The notes beneath the pieces are model-generated. The model did not search any database, was not told the origin of the DNA, and saw only the letters and a list, made by a program, of their open reading frames with translations. This document shows positions 27,319 to 39,688 of a stretch of DNA of 49,019 nucleotides, piece by piece. The translations under genes were made by a program, and so were the position numbers. The stretch is from Bigelowiella natans CCMP2755 (taxonomy: Eukaryota > Protista > Cercozoa), in the NCBI GenBank assembly GCA_000320545.1, contig ADNK01000986.1:1-49019 (forward strand), given 5' to 3'. Position 1 is the stretch's first letter, and every line of letters starts with the position of its first letter.

Positions 27319-27930
27319 AATATTGTCGCAAGCAACCAAGGGACTCAGAGGCTGGAAGAGGTATGTAGCACCATCCGAGCAGCAGCATATAGCCATGGGC
27401 GACCATCTATTCGGTGATGGTTCATTGATGATTCATTGATCAAATGATGATGATGATGATGATGATAACAGCGATGGACGTGTGTTTAGTAGTAGGGGGG
27501 GGGGGAGTCGCAGTCTATACCTGATATCCCGTCACAATTTGCTCCTCTCTATACGCTGCAATCCCTGGTAGTAGCAGCAGTAGTAGTAGTAGTAGTAGTA
27601 GTTAGTATTCAGATTATAGTGAAGAGGTCTTTGATTTTTCTCTGTGCGTGTGCGTTCGTGCTGGTGGTGGAGATGCATTGAAGGAAGAACCGCCTGACAA
27701 CTTTTCACCCCACCTCCCTCCTAACTAACCCCCTCCCTCCCTCCCTCTCTCCTCACCGAGGCAGGCGATGATCGAGGTCATGATGACAGTCGTTTGGAAG
27801 CAGAAGAATCTGAAACCAAGCTGCCGCATGCGAGTCTGGATGTACGAGAACTCCTCCAGGGCTTTCGCGGTGCGGACCATGAGCACGATGAGCCAAACAA
27901 ACCAAATACCGTAAAACAGCCATGTTGCCT

Positions 27931-27961
<31 letters not shown>

Positions 27962-28679
27962 ACCGCGATGATATTAAAACAAGATGATTCAGCATGCAAC
28001 GTATTCTTTCAACGTCCCCTCCCCCCCTTGCCTTTCGTTCTTCTCTTCAATGCAGTGATGCTACAACGAGGGGCGACCAGCATGACTGCGCGTCCATAGG
28101 GCGAGTTTCCCTGGATCAACAGGACAGACTCCACACTGCATATCATCAGTCATTCAAAAGACAATCAATGGCAGCAGCGACGACGTGATGAAATGGTTGT
28201 CAATGGTGACATTAGCGTGGTTAACCCAGAGAATGGTGGACCTCTTACTCACTGACAACAATGAGGAGAAGGCACCAGCGTTATCCAACAAGCTGCACAA
28301 CACTACAAATTACCTCGCGTTGGCCAGAGCAAAGAGAAGTTTGTAGCCGTAAAACCCGCACTCGTAGACCCCCGTCCGACCGAATGAATCCATCAGCAGC
28401 AGCCAAAGGAGCTTCAGCGATGACTGGAGACAGATATGGCATGCGTGACATATTGAATATATATTAATTATTATAAGCTGGTGTTGCTTTAAAAAAAGGA
28501 GAGAAATAGCACCAAAATACAGTAGCAGCAGCAGCAGCAGCAGGCAGCGGCGGCGGCGACCGTGAGAACAGCTCCTGCAACTATTTTGGAGGTCTTGTCC
28601 CTAGCCACGGATACCTCCTGACTAATTCCCCAACTCCGGTGGAAGGTCTTCAAGACGAACTGTACCATCGGATACAAAG

Positions 28680-28723
<44 letters not shown>

Positions 28724-29885
28724 GCGGTAGTAGTAGTAGTTGTTAGCAGTGGTAGCAAGCCGCAGCAGCAGTTGTGGTAAAGTGAGGTGGGAGAGATGTT
28801 TCATAATAAAATGGGTAAAACAAAAGGCGAATATATAGAAGCAAGTGCTCAGTTCTCTCAAGAAATGATAAATGTGGTCCTTACCTCTCCAGCGCAGAGA
28901 GCACATATGAACAGAGTCAAGAGAATCCACACTGCGATTGTTGGATGATCGGTTATGATTCGTGGCAGACTTCCACGGGTTTATGATGATGATGATGATG
29001 ATGATGATGCGGCGTGATATCATTTAGTGTCGTTAGAAATGCTGCTGCCATCACCTTGCTCTCTAACACGCGTCGTCCTTCCTCTCCATAAGCCAACGCA
29101 GTCGCAACAGCAGTTCCTAAGAAGAATAATGTCACCGGAGGAGAAGATTGGGAAGACATCAAATTGCTAAAGAACAAGTATATTGCTGACAGTTGGCAGA
29201 TTTTTGCTTGTAACTGTGACCACATACTTTATGAACCACAGGAAGAAGACAAGATATCCCACTGCGAGAATTGGATTTAGCAGATAAACGTGTACCGCAC
29301 GGTCGGCTCCGGGCTAACAAAATAATGATGGGAAAACAAGAAATTAGGCTTGAAGGGAAAACCTGCAGTTTCTCGATAATTTCAGTGCTGCTGTATTAGA
29401 GCAGCATGACTTACATCAATGCAGTACGTGTAGACAATGGCTCCCACTGCCAAAAGGTACGTGTACCCAAGCATGATCCGAACCTGGATGAATGTTGTTG
29501 TAAGAATGCCATAATCTCCTCTACTAAGGGAGCAGTGTGATAAATTTTATCATTCATTTACAGTCTATAGATGGTGTTTACTCGAATAGTGGGGGGGGCG
29601 AAACCGCGCTTATACATACCTGCAGCAAGGTCATCGTCTCAAGGTTTATAATGGGGTTGTAGTGCGCGGAAGCCTGTTCAAAGAACCATTTATTTTCACG
29701 ATCTAATATCTCCTAGAATCGCTAGGTCATGAATATATTTTCGAATGTTCGTGGCCAACCAGAAGTTTCTTTTCTAAATCGATTTCCTCCGGGTCCCATT
29801 GCGGCCTTTCGTCACCCGTCCAGGCGTTTGCGGGCCCTTCAAAATGTGCATCTCTTTCAGAAAACTGCGGAGGTGTGAATGCCAT
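22705..29885 (-). CDS. Multipass membrane protein (TMEM181/Wntless-like TM region) fused to a C-terminal class 3 lipase
   Basis: Exons give MAFTPPQF..|TM segments incl. REQ|VWILLTLF, LLWLLLMDSF..GFYGYKLLF, FSYIQTRMRQLGFRFF, YMLLLGWCYIP. The lipase follows: LIISFR|GT..NMLTD, VHSG|FW, TGHSLGGALA (24285-24325), TFGQPR|VGN, RIVYERDVIT, FKHAG, DPSFVER..SHSL..|YL. Stop TAA at 22705-22707. Confidence 0.88.
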
Positions 29886-30182
29886 GTTGGTATGAAAAAA
29901 AACAACCGTCTTGGTGCAAGTCCCATTCGCCACCGCCTCCCCACATCGGAGGGGTCTGCCTGGAAAGAAGTAAGCAGAGGTTCCAAAGCCCAACGAGTAC
30001 TAAAAAATAATAGTTGCCGCAGGCTGATGAATCCTCGCCATATTGAAATCGCGACAATAAAACACGGGACTTTAAGCCGATAAGAAAGGAACACTTTCAT
30101 GTCTTTGTCGCAAGAGAAAATCACAGGCGATTTATCGTTACGCCGCTCCTCAGCTCTCCCCACCACGTGATCAAAGATCGGC
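29886..30182. promoter_or_regulatory. Short putative bidirectional promoter
   Basis: 297 bp between divergent ATGs (29885 on -, 30183 on +); no microsatellites. Confidence 0.5.
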
Positions 30183-32031
30183 ATGGCCGGCGCGCGCCCG
30201 TACAGCCGCCTTCTTCGCCTGTGCAAAGGGTTCGTGGGGGCCGGAGTCGCATTGACAGCCGCTTGTGCCACTGTTACGGTCGCATCTGCTTCCGAGAAGA
30301 AGTCTACCATCTTCTTATCAGTTGGAGCTTCTGGTGCCGGGAAGGTGTTCCCGTGTAGTCAGAGAGAGAAGGGGGAAATTCAGGGAGATTTGTGGAAGGG
30401 ACTGGAATTTCGCGGATCGGAGCTGATAAATGTTGATGGTGTTTCAAAGCACCAGGTGATGAAAATGGTTTTGTCGGCAGGATACGCTCTTGTTGAAGGC
30501 AAAGGAGAGGCTAGGGAAAGAGGAATGCCCCGACGTCATGTTTATCAAGAGGCATCTGACGAGAGAAAAGGTCTAACAATTAAAATCCTTCTCCTGTTCA
30601 CTAGATCTACTTCGAACTTACCTGCAGCTCTCACATGACAGAAAACCACCCCGTTGGAGAAAGCTGTATCTACGTCAACATTCCTCGCCGATTCGGTTAA
30701 TGGCATGCACGCCCTCGAATGGGTATTCTTAAGCACATTCAAAGACTGCCATTACGTTTCCGTTAAGATTCCTTTGCTAAATTTGGAGAGATCCTGAGAT
30801 CATCTCTCCGCTGCGAATTGAAATTTCCCCTCTTTTCGCCGACAGGATGCTCACAACACGAAATACGCCATTCCCTCGAAGCCCGTATCACAAGCCATCA
30901 GAGCAGGTAGCTCTCAAATCGTATGTCCCAGCGTATTATTCTTTACGGCATTTCGTCTCCGAGAAAATCTGAACCGGGAGAGTATAGGATCTCTAGGCAT
31001 GCACGTGTATTTACAGTTTCGTGGTGTGCGCGTTGACAGATAGAACAGTTATGGTCAATGCATCTTGTTTATATCAGGCAAATCAATGGTGATGAACGTG
31101 TCTAGGTACATTATTAGCATTGTGCTGATCATATGCTTCCTATTACTTCGCTCGCTCTCTTTGTTAAAAATGGGGAGAAAATAATTTGCTATGTGACGAT
31201 TTGCAGATCCATCATAGATGCCGCAAGAGAGCTCTTCGGGCAGGACGCGGTGAGTGCAGTTTGCATAAGAAGACGAAGGAGAACGATCATGATAAGGAAG
31301 ATGAGAGGAAGAAGAAGATAATGTAGACAAAAGGAGACCAGAGTGAAATTGGGGGAGAACTGAAGGAGGGATGATGGAACTAGGAATCTATCTCCTGGCG
31401 ACGACAGTGATGATGACGATGATGATAATAACAATAATACCAATAATAATAATAATAATATCAAGAAATATAGCAATGATGTATAATAACGATTGTGTGA
31501 TTTTCTCTCTCTCTCTCCCTCTCTCTCTCTCTTTCTTTCTCTCAGGAAGTCATGTGTTTGCACATCACGGCGAGTAAAAAAACCCTTGCAGAGAGACTCA
31601 GAAGGCGTGGTTAGTGCTGCATTAATCACATCGGCCAGACAACACGCATCGTAGCAACATCTTTCCGACCTTCTTCTCAATTATGCGCTTTTTTAAATTG
31701 AGGGGAATTACTCCCACCCGTCCTCCCTCGCCCTCCCTCTCATCAATCTACTCGTAACCAACAGGCAGGGAGACGGATGAGCAGGTTACGGATTATTACG
31801 ACTTCACAGAGGAGCTCGATGATTATGATGATGATGATGATGATGATAAAATTTTAATGTTTATGATAGCATTCTTCCTAAGCACTTCTTCTTCTTCTTC
31901 TCCCCTCTCTCCAGATTGAGAAGAGATTAGAACGCGCAAGCAACTACAATGGGTCTGTTCGAGGTGCGGCTGACATTGAGAAGAGAGCACGCGAAAGGGA
32001 AGTTGGGAGGGAGGGAAGAAATATTGTCATA

Positions 32032-32071
<40 letters not shown>

Positions 32072-32259
32072 CTCTCCCCCCCCACTCCGCCTCCCTCCCC
32101 CCCCTCGGTTTCAAATCAAGAGCACACCACCACCATCAGGGAACCATGTTATCGAAATCAGAAACGAAGGCTCTATTGAGGAGGGGGTAGGCCCGCAAGG
32201 CAGTGTGCAATGCATGAGTGGCACGGTGGACGACGACGACGGCGATGAGAAAGAGAGAA

Positions 32260-32302
<43 letters not shown>

Positions 32303-32729
32303 CGGGCATGATGATGATAATGTTGTTGATGATGATGATGATGGGTACCGATTTGCTTTGTTCATATGCGCTATTCTAGGTGGATATGGTCGTTGGAGCA
32401 TTGAAGGGCGATATGCAGTAATAACATGCTCTCCGATGATATATATAACATGCTGCGAGATAGGATAGATATTAATATATCACATCTTGCCTCCGCCCTC
32501 CTTCTCCTCCTCCTCCTCCCTCTGGGTAATAAACGCTTGCTGCTGACAACAATGGTGGAAGGTACGCCCTTTGGCTGGTCCCGAAGAAAGGCGAGACGTT
32601 CCACACGGAGGCGCGATTTCAGATAGAGAAGATCGCTCAGGAGAAGGTGTTGTCCTACTGGTGATAGCGGGAAAATTGGGAGCATGAACTTGCCCGCGTG
32701 CCCTTTTCTTTGGTGGTGTCTTAGTATTA

Positions 32730-32805
<76 letters not shown>

Positions 32806-34523
32806 TTAACTGTATGGTTGTGTGGCTTAATTTCGCACCGAAGTTATATATCTCTGTCATCATCCTTCCCCTTTACTCCTCCCCCCCCCTCCCCCCCCTC
32901 CCCTCCTGATCCTAGTCGAGTCATCCCTTCGAGCCTCACGTGACCATTGGGAATTTGTTCAGAGCCTCTCAGCTAGAAGTAGGAATAAAAACATCATGAG
33001 ACGAGATACGATGAAGAATGTGCGCGCGTTTCGTGTTGTATTTTTGCCCTCACGAGAGCGTGGAAGTGATGCACCGCGTCCTCACCACAAGCCTTTTTTA
33101 TGATTTAAATTTAGGCAATTTCCATCGCCAAAGTTGCAGCTGAAGCCATAGGTCGTGTCTGATATCTTATCACCTCCTCGTTGCATCTTTTCAATATTTC
33201 GAGCAAGAGTTATTCACATCCATTCTGAGTGCGTGTGTCAACAACAGAGGCGCCGGTGCGGATCTCCCCAACGGGAATGAGCGCTGAGGCGGGCACACGC
33301 TTTCGAGCCTTTGTGAGGAGGAGTTGCGATTGTGATCGGAATGATGATGACGACGACGATGTTTGATGATGATGATGATAATGGTAGCGACAACAACGCT
33401 GATTCAATGATAGAAATCATATCTCATAAACTTTTTTTGAGTCTCTCTCATTCCCCCCCCACCCCCTTCCTCCTCCTCCTCCTCCTCCCCCTCCTCGGAA
33501 CGGCAGGTATTAGAAGCGTCTCCGACGTACGCCCTGAGGTAAGCACAATTCGCTACGCATAGGAAAGATAGGAGGACAAAGCAAGTGTAGTAATAATCAG
33601 GGAGGGGGTGAGTGAGTGGGTGCTGATGATGATGAAATAATGTGAGCGTTCTGACCCAACTCGATACTTATTTCGCATTAATTCTTGCTTTAGTCTTTGA
33701 TTATGTGTTCATCCTTCCTGACACATAGATTTTTCCTCTCCTTCTTTTTGTTGCTACCATTTCTCCCCTTTTTCTCTCTCGCTCTCTCTCTCTCTCTCCC
33801 TCCCTCAATCACGTTCTCCTCATCTTTAAGGCAAGCGTGTTGCACACTCCGCCAGATCACGAGTCAGGCAGATGCGAAGAAGGAGCGGAGGACAGTAAGT
33901 GCTCACAATTCAAAAGATTTATCTCTGAATAGTCAGTGGGGTTTCTCCTTCATTCTTCGACTCCTTCTTCTTCTTCTCTTCCTCCTTCCCCTCCCCAATG
34001 TCCACACGATGTATACTGGTTCCCATCCCTTCATTATTAGGTGGAACGTGAAGTGCAGAATACATACAAGCCCCATCTCTCTCTCCTGTACGACATAAAA
34101 TAATAGATAACAGTATATTCCAATCAGAATCAGAGTCACACAGCCATAGTCAGTACCATAATGATACATGTGTGCAAATACTGCGATCACTATACGCTAT
34201 CCTATGGTAATGGCATCATTAGCAGACGCTCTCGCACACACGCGGAAAGGCTATTGTGTGGCCTCTGCAGAAAAATGTCGATGATAATGATGATGTTGAT
34301 GATGATGATGATGACGGTTTTGTGGTTATTTATCGGTGCTTTTCTCCTGTGCAACACTCTCTAGATATGGCGAGTACGATGCGAAGACTTTGCAGAAGCT
34401 GAAAGACGAGTACGAGCCGATCATAGGTGCCTCCTACATGGCAGCTGGGTAGTTGTAATGGTAGTGTGCGAATTATATCGATCCTTCTCCTCCTCATTAT
34501 CGTCATCGTTACTGCCATTATCT

Positions 34524-34555
<32 letters not shown>

Positions 34556-35086
34556 TACCACCACCACGACTAGCACGAACATTTTATTCATCGTCGTTAT
34601 CGTCGTCATCATCTCGATTTTCTAGCTTCAAAGCGGAGGAGCTGGCTCTGGTGCAGTGCACAGTGCGATCACATCAGTGTTGGACCGAGGTACATATCGG
34701 CAGAAGCCATGGGTTGATTCCCATGGCTAGATGGTGGTGGGAGGACAAGATGGTGATGGTGTGAAATCTGCAACATGTGCATTCATTCGCGCGACAACAC
34801 TGAGATATGAACTGTATCTTAACATCACTGACCGTGTTCGAAGACTCGGCCATGCTCAGAATATAACTGCCGCTTTAGCGAAAATGCAGAAGCTTCAGTA
34901 TGTGGGCGTGATTGTTGATGCTTCGTTGCTGCTGCTGCTGCTGCTGCATTTGCTATCATCGCCTAAATGTTCATTGATTATCAGGTGGCAAGATTTCCAA
35001 TTAAGCACAGCAAGCCTCCCCCCGGAACTGGGGACAACAGCATTAGGAAAAAACGGTGGAAGGGACTCTTCAGCCTATTCTCCTAA
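30183..35086 (+). CDS. phnN: Fusion of a PhnN-like ribose-1,5-bisphosphate phosphokinase and a 2H cyclic phosphodiesterase (CPDase), with N-terminal presequence; ~21 exons
   Basis: PhnN part: VGASGAGK|DTLL..FIKRHLTR..ALEW|DAHNTKYAIP..G|KSMVMNVSR|..LHITAS..LAERLRRRG|RETDEQ|IEKRLERA..IRNEGSIEEG. CPDase part: Q|YALWLVP..|PFEPHVTI..FRAF..YKPHLSLL|YG..W. Both 2H HxT/S motifs are present (~32935, ~34075). Stop TAA at 35084-35086. Confidence 0.88.
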
Positions 35087-35776
35087 GTGTGAATTCTCTC
35101 GCGTGCTATACGTGTGACAGATGCGTGTAGTGCGCACCGAAGCATGCAGCTACACAGTAGCTCACGCCATTGAACACAAGCAAGCGATACAATCATCATT
35201 AGGCATGTACATGCGAGTTATAAGGCATGCATTTGAATGTTTTGAGGCGATATACATCATCATGCGAAGTAACGGACCCATCCCTTCATTTGCGATTGTT
35301 CGAAACTTGTATTAGCTCTACCAGAGGCTAGTCTTAATGCAACGTTCATGATGTTGTCAGTACTGACATTTTCCGGCGGCTGGTGTAGGTGACATAACCG
35401 CGCGTAGTGTAACATGGACATGTCAACCTTTAATTCTCGCTAGCGGACTGATGCGCGCGACGCACACATCTAGACGTGTACTCCGTTTGGCAGTAGCAGC
35501 AACTCGCAGATAGCTACCATACAAAGATCCACACGACCACAATGTGCTTCCTATTATGACTTTCTATAAATATCGCAACAACAAACAACAATGAAGCCTG
35601 TGCATTTCTATGTAAACATCCAACATTGGCCATCATTGCCGCATAACTAGATGTAAATATCTTGACTCTCATAGCTAGTGCAATGCACAGCTCGAACACA
35701 TATTAAGAGTTTTGATAGCACTTAAATTTGTTGTTGCCTGACGGTCTTATTCGAATGCCGATGATTGTCACCAAGC

Positions 35777-37522
35777 CTAAGCCTTAACCTTTTCCTCTCG
35801 ACGCTCTTCGCGTTTGTTGCTGCGGACGTCAACTTCTTTGTCTTTTTCCTCCTTTTCATCGCTGTTCGGAGCAGCATTGCGGGCCTGCTCCTTGCGAAAC
35901 ACGTACAGATGGCTCGGCCCTTCATTCGGGGTTTCGAAAGCCTCCGGCATGTCGTAGTGCTTGCAGCTCAGATCTACGCCCTCGAGCTCGTGGCACTTCA
36001 CGCAGATCCCCCTTTCTGACGGGCTTGTGGAAAGGTAATCGGGTTGATAATGATGATGATGATGATAATGATGATGATGATAGTGTTAATGATGGTGGTG
36101 ACGATGATGATGTTGATAGCGAGAGAGATCACAAACGCCTATCTACCAAAAACTTCAATGCATTTTTCAGCTGCTACCCGTAAAGGGAGAAGATGGCTGC
36201 TTCGCCCCCTCTGACTAAGATTCGAGAGATTTCCTACACAGCAACACACATTACCAATCAAGCAGCAAACAAACACCGAGAAGAGCATTTTGTGAGCAGT
36301 ATGTTCCGACAGCGATACAAAGTCAAAGCAGCATACAATTCTTCCTCCTCCTCCTCCTCCTCCTCCTCCTCCTCCTCCTCTTACTCCTACCACTACTACT
36401 ACTACTACTATTACCTTAAGATATTGGTGAGCCGATTGCTCGCCCTTGTCTGTTAGCATAACACAATCCAATGTACCCTAAACCGGCGGCGGTGGTAGCA
36501 CAAAACATACATAAGCTACGAACGTTTTCGCATAAATGACTGATTCTGTTAAGCGGAGTTGGCAGGTACCTTGTCCACAACGGCATCAAAGCTCTCCTTT
36601 TCGAACGACATTCTCCTTTACATCCATCTTCTTGAATTCCTACCGTAGATATTCATATATCTTCGTCATCATTTTTGCCAGCCCCCCCTTAAAAGTCATC
36701 ATCGTCGTCGTCGTCGTTATCGTCGTCGTCGCCGTTGATGTTGTTCAACACAACGGCCTTTCTTCTGCGAACACGGCAGGCAGCTTTTCTGACTATTACC
36801 ATGCCTTTGAGCTCACTTTTCTCTTGAGCGGACTGAAGGCTCTTGATGCAATCGTCGGAGAAATCTATTCCGACCTGGGATGCGTAGCCTGCCTACCAGG
36901 GGGTAGCGGGGGGGAAAGACGCCCGTTGAGATGTGAAGAGAAGAGAAGTAACACAGAACTTCGATCGCTTTTTCACTGGAATCGTTTTTCCTTCTACCTT
37001 GTGCAGCCTAAATGGTAGCTCTGAGGTTCCCGTTCCAGAATGCAGTATCCTACACAATTGCGGGCACACCGACGATCCCTTTGTCAATATATGTGGAGGA
37101 AGGAGTCGTACTGCACCGTACCTATTCGAATGTTTCTTTGCTTTGAAGGTGTCGAGGTGCTTCTGCAGCTCCCCGCAGACGTCATCTAGATCGAGATACC
37201 TGGCAGAATGTAGTACTGACTCTCTCTCTCTTTCTCTCTCTCTTGTACTCATAAGTTTAGCGAAAGGTGTTAAGGCTGTTATTAGCGAGCGATTCCACTC
37301 GACGAACAAATACGAACTGACCATTCTTTGAAGCCGCTCGTTTCCATCGTCCATGCGCCATAGAAGTCCTTTTAACAAAACAAGCACTTAGATGCAGTCG
37401 CATCGATGAGGCATCGCTTTTCTATAACTACAGAATACGTTGAGCTAATAACAGTGTTACACTCACTCACCACACACGAATTCTACCTGCCATGATTGCT
37501 CGTTGTGCAAGGAGAAGGCCAT
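35777..37522 (-). CDS. Class I SAM-dependent methyltransferase, METTL13-N/EEF1AKMT4/CSKMT-like; one apparent 1-nt frameshift
   Basis: MAFSLHNEQSWQ|DFYG..FKEW|YLD..R|ILHSGTGTSEL..|AGYASQVGIDFS..|EFKKMDV..SFDAVVDK|GTLDC..|EISRILVRGG..SLYG|PSER..HLYVFRK. The exon at 36570-36639 is 70 nt long between two phase-0 junctions. Confidence 0.85.
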
Positions 37523-38615
37523 AGCCTTTGGTCGCCGAAACACTAAAACAGCCGTCGCTTTCGTAGTCTCGGCTCTCGTTGGTACGCAAAACTTGCCAGC
37601 TCGTTGCGCTTTGATGACAAAACGAGGCCTATCTAGGACCACGCGCCTCGCTCGAGTCGACTCTCAGTGACAAGGAGAAGATATTCACGCGGCGGCGACG
37701 GCGACGAGCCTTCGATCGTCTTTTGGCGTCTGCAATGAACCCCGTCGTTCCGCTCTTGCTGAAAACCGCACAGAAGGGATCTGCCCCAGCAGCAACTGCA
37801 CGGAGAAGCTAGCAGAACAGCAGCAACAGCGAAAGGTCTTCTTCTCTTCAGGTGGCCTTTGTTCTGCCACGAACTGGAGACAGGGGACTAGCCTGCGCCG
37901 TGTTCCCCGGGGAGAGGGCAAGTCTGCTGAACGGAAGCACATTCCGATCTTCGTAGAAAAAAGAGGAATTCAAGCAATATTCCTTGTCGCAGGATAAAAA
38001 CCGCATGCAAACAATATGTATTGCGAAAACTGACGTGCTCCTTCGCGGTCTTGTTCGGACGCCAAGCATGGAGAATGGCCGGGAGCCGACTGGACTTTCG
38101 CGATATTCAAGTAAAAATTGAACGCCGTTTATTTCCAAGTGCGACAACGAATTGCGGGTGTTTTTCTTTATAAATGCCCTAAATTCCGACGTTGTTTCCC
38201 CTCGTTTAACAACTTTGCACCGCCGGCAAAACTCTCACCTCGTCAGCTGCGGCAGGGCACATCTTGTTGCACAGAGATCGGGGAGGGTAAGGACCACACC
38301 TGGTGGAGGCCGGGAACGAACAGTAGACTACTGGCAAAAGGTGGTGGTGGGCACGTAGAGAGAGCTGAGAGATGGGAGGGAACACTGAGTGCGAACAACC
38401 GATGGACGCTCTTGACGTATCCCATGGAAACATAATTTGACAACTAGAGTAAAAGAACAAAAAAGGATCTGTTCCACATGTGCATAATAACAACTCCGGC
38501 CTTTTCATTGATTATCAGGGTTGAGAACAGAGTCGAGAACAGCCCATAACCGAGGAGGACTCAGGCTGGCCTCATCCGCATCCGTCCCCTCACGTGAGGG
38601 AGATTTTGCGGCCTG

Positions 38616-38717
38616 ATGCAGAGCGCCTACCAGGAATGGGAGCAGCTCGAGAAAAAGTACCAGCAGGCGGAGGTGAATTGCGGTGCTGCTTTGCGTTTCT
38701 TTATTTCGTAGCGTATA

Positions 38718-38753
<36 letters not shown>

Positions 38754-39151
38754 GTCCTGTAAGGCGGACTCGGAATTAAAAAGAATAATTAACTCATTTT
38801 TCCTGCCCTTCCTTTTTTCCCTAACTTTTCCTCCTCACCCCCCCCCCTCCTTTATCAGAAGCTGTGGTCCGTACCCTTGGCCTCCCTCCGGAAAGAATGT
38901 GAAAGAATAGAAAAGATCTTTCTCCCGGTGATTGCAACCGATTTCCCGCTATGGACGCACCAACCACGTTTTGATTCTTCACTCCTCAACTCCTCAAAAT
39001 CCCTATTCCCCCATCTACTACTCTCAGAAATTCTTGTCCCATCCACGCACGGATCTGGATCATATGTACGCCAAGAGATGTCAGAAAGCGCTCGAAGAGC
39101 TATCGCACGTGCTCGAAAGGAGGACCGCCTACGCTAGAATCGTTAGAATGC

Positions 39152-39191
<40 letters not shown>

Positions 39192-39313
39192 ATCATCATA
39201 GGCATGCAATCATTGGCCGAAACTTCCCTTATCTGGGATGTATCAAGGAAAATGCAACTCGAAAGATACTATGAATGACCACTCACGCGCGCGGGCGCAC
39301 ACGTACACACACA

Positions 39314-39366
<53 letters not shown>

Positions 39367-39385
39367 TACACGCGTGTGTCTATAC

Positions 39386-39435
<50 letters not shown>

Positions 39436-39651
39436 GAGTATAGATATTTCCGTGTATGAGACATGCAATTTCTGCGGTAATAGGTCTCGAATAAGGGCAA
39501 TGTGGAGGATCATTACGAAGTGCTGCGCCAGCTCGGAGAAACCACATTGGGGGGGTAGGAGCATTAGACGATGATGATGATAATGATCTTCTGATGATAC
39601 CAAAGTGGACCCTTCGATGCCTGTTTAGTGTAGTTGAGTTGCGGTGTTTCG

Positions 39652-39688
<37 letters not shown>

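Noticed and set aside
28293-28313. Possible 21-nt nucleomorph-style mini-intron (gtaatttgtagtgttgtgcag) in the lipase gene
   Set aside because: A longer intron to the exon VESVLLIQGNSPYGRAVML gives a phase-consistent, better-fitting model.
30183-35086. Bacterial phn operon or contamination
   Set aside because: The gene has ~20 spliceosomal introns like its neighbours, and no other phn genes are present.
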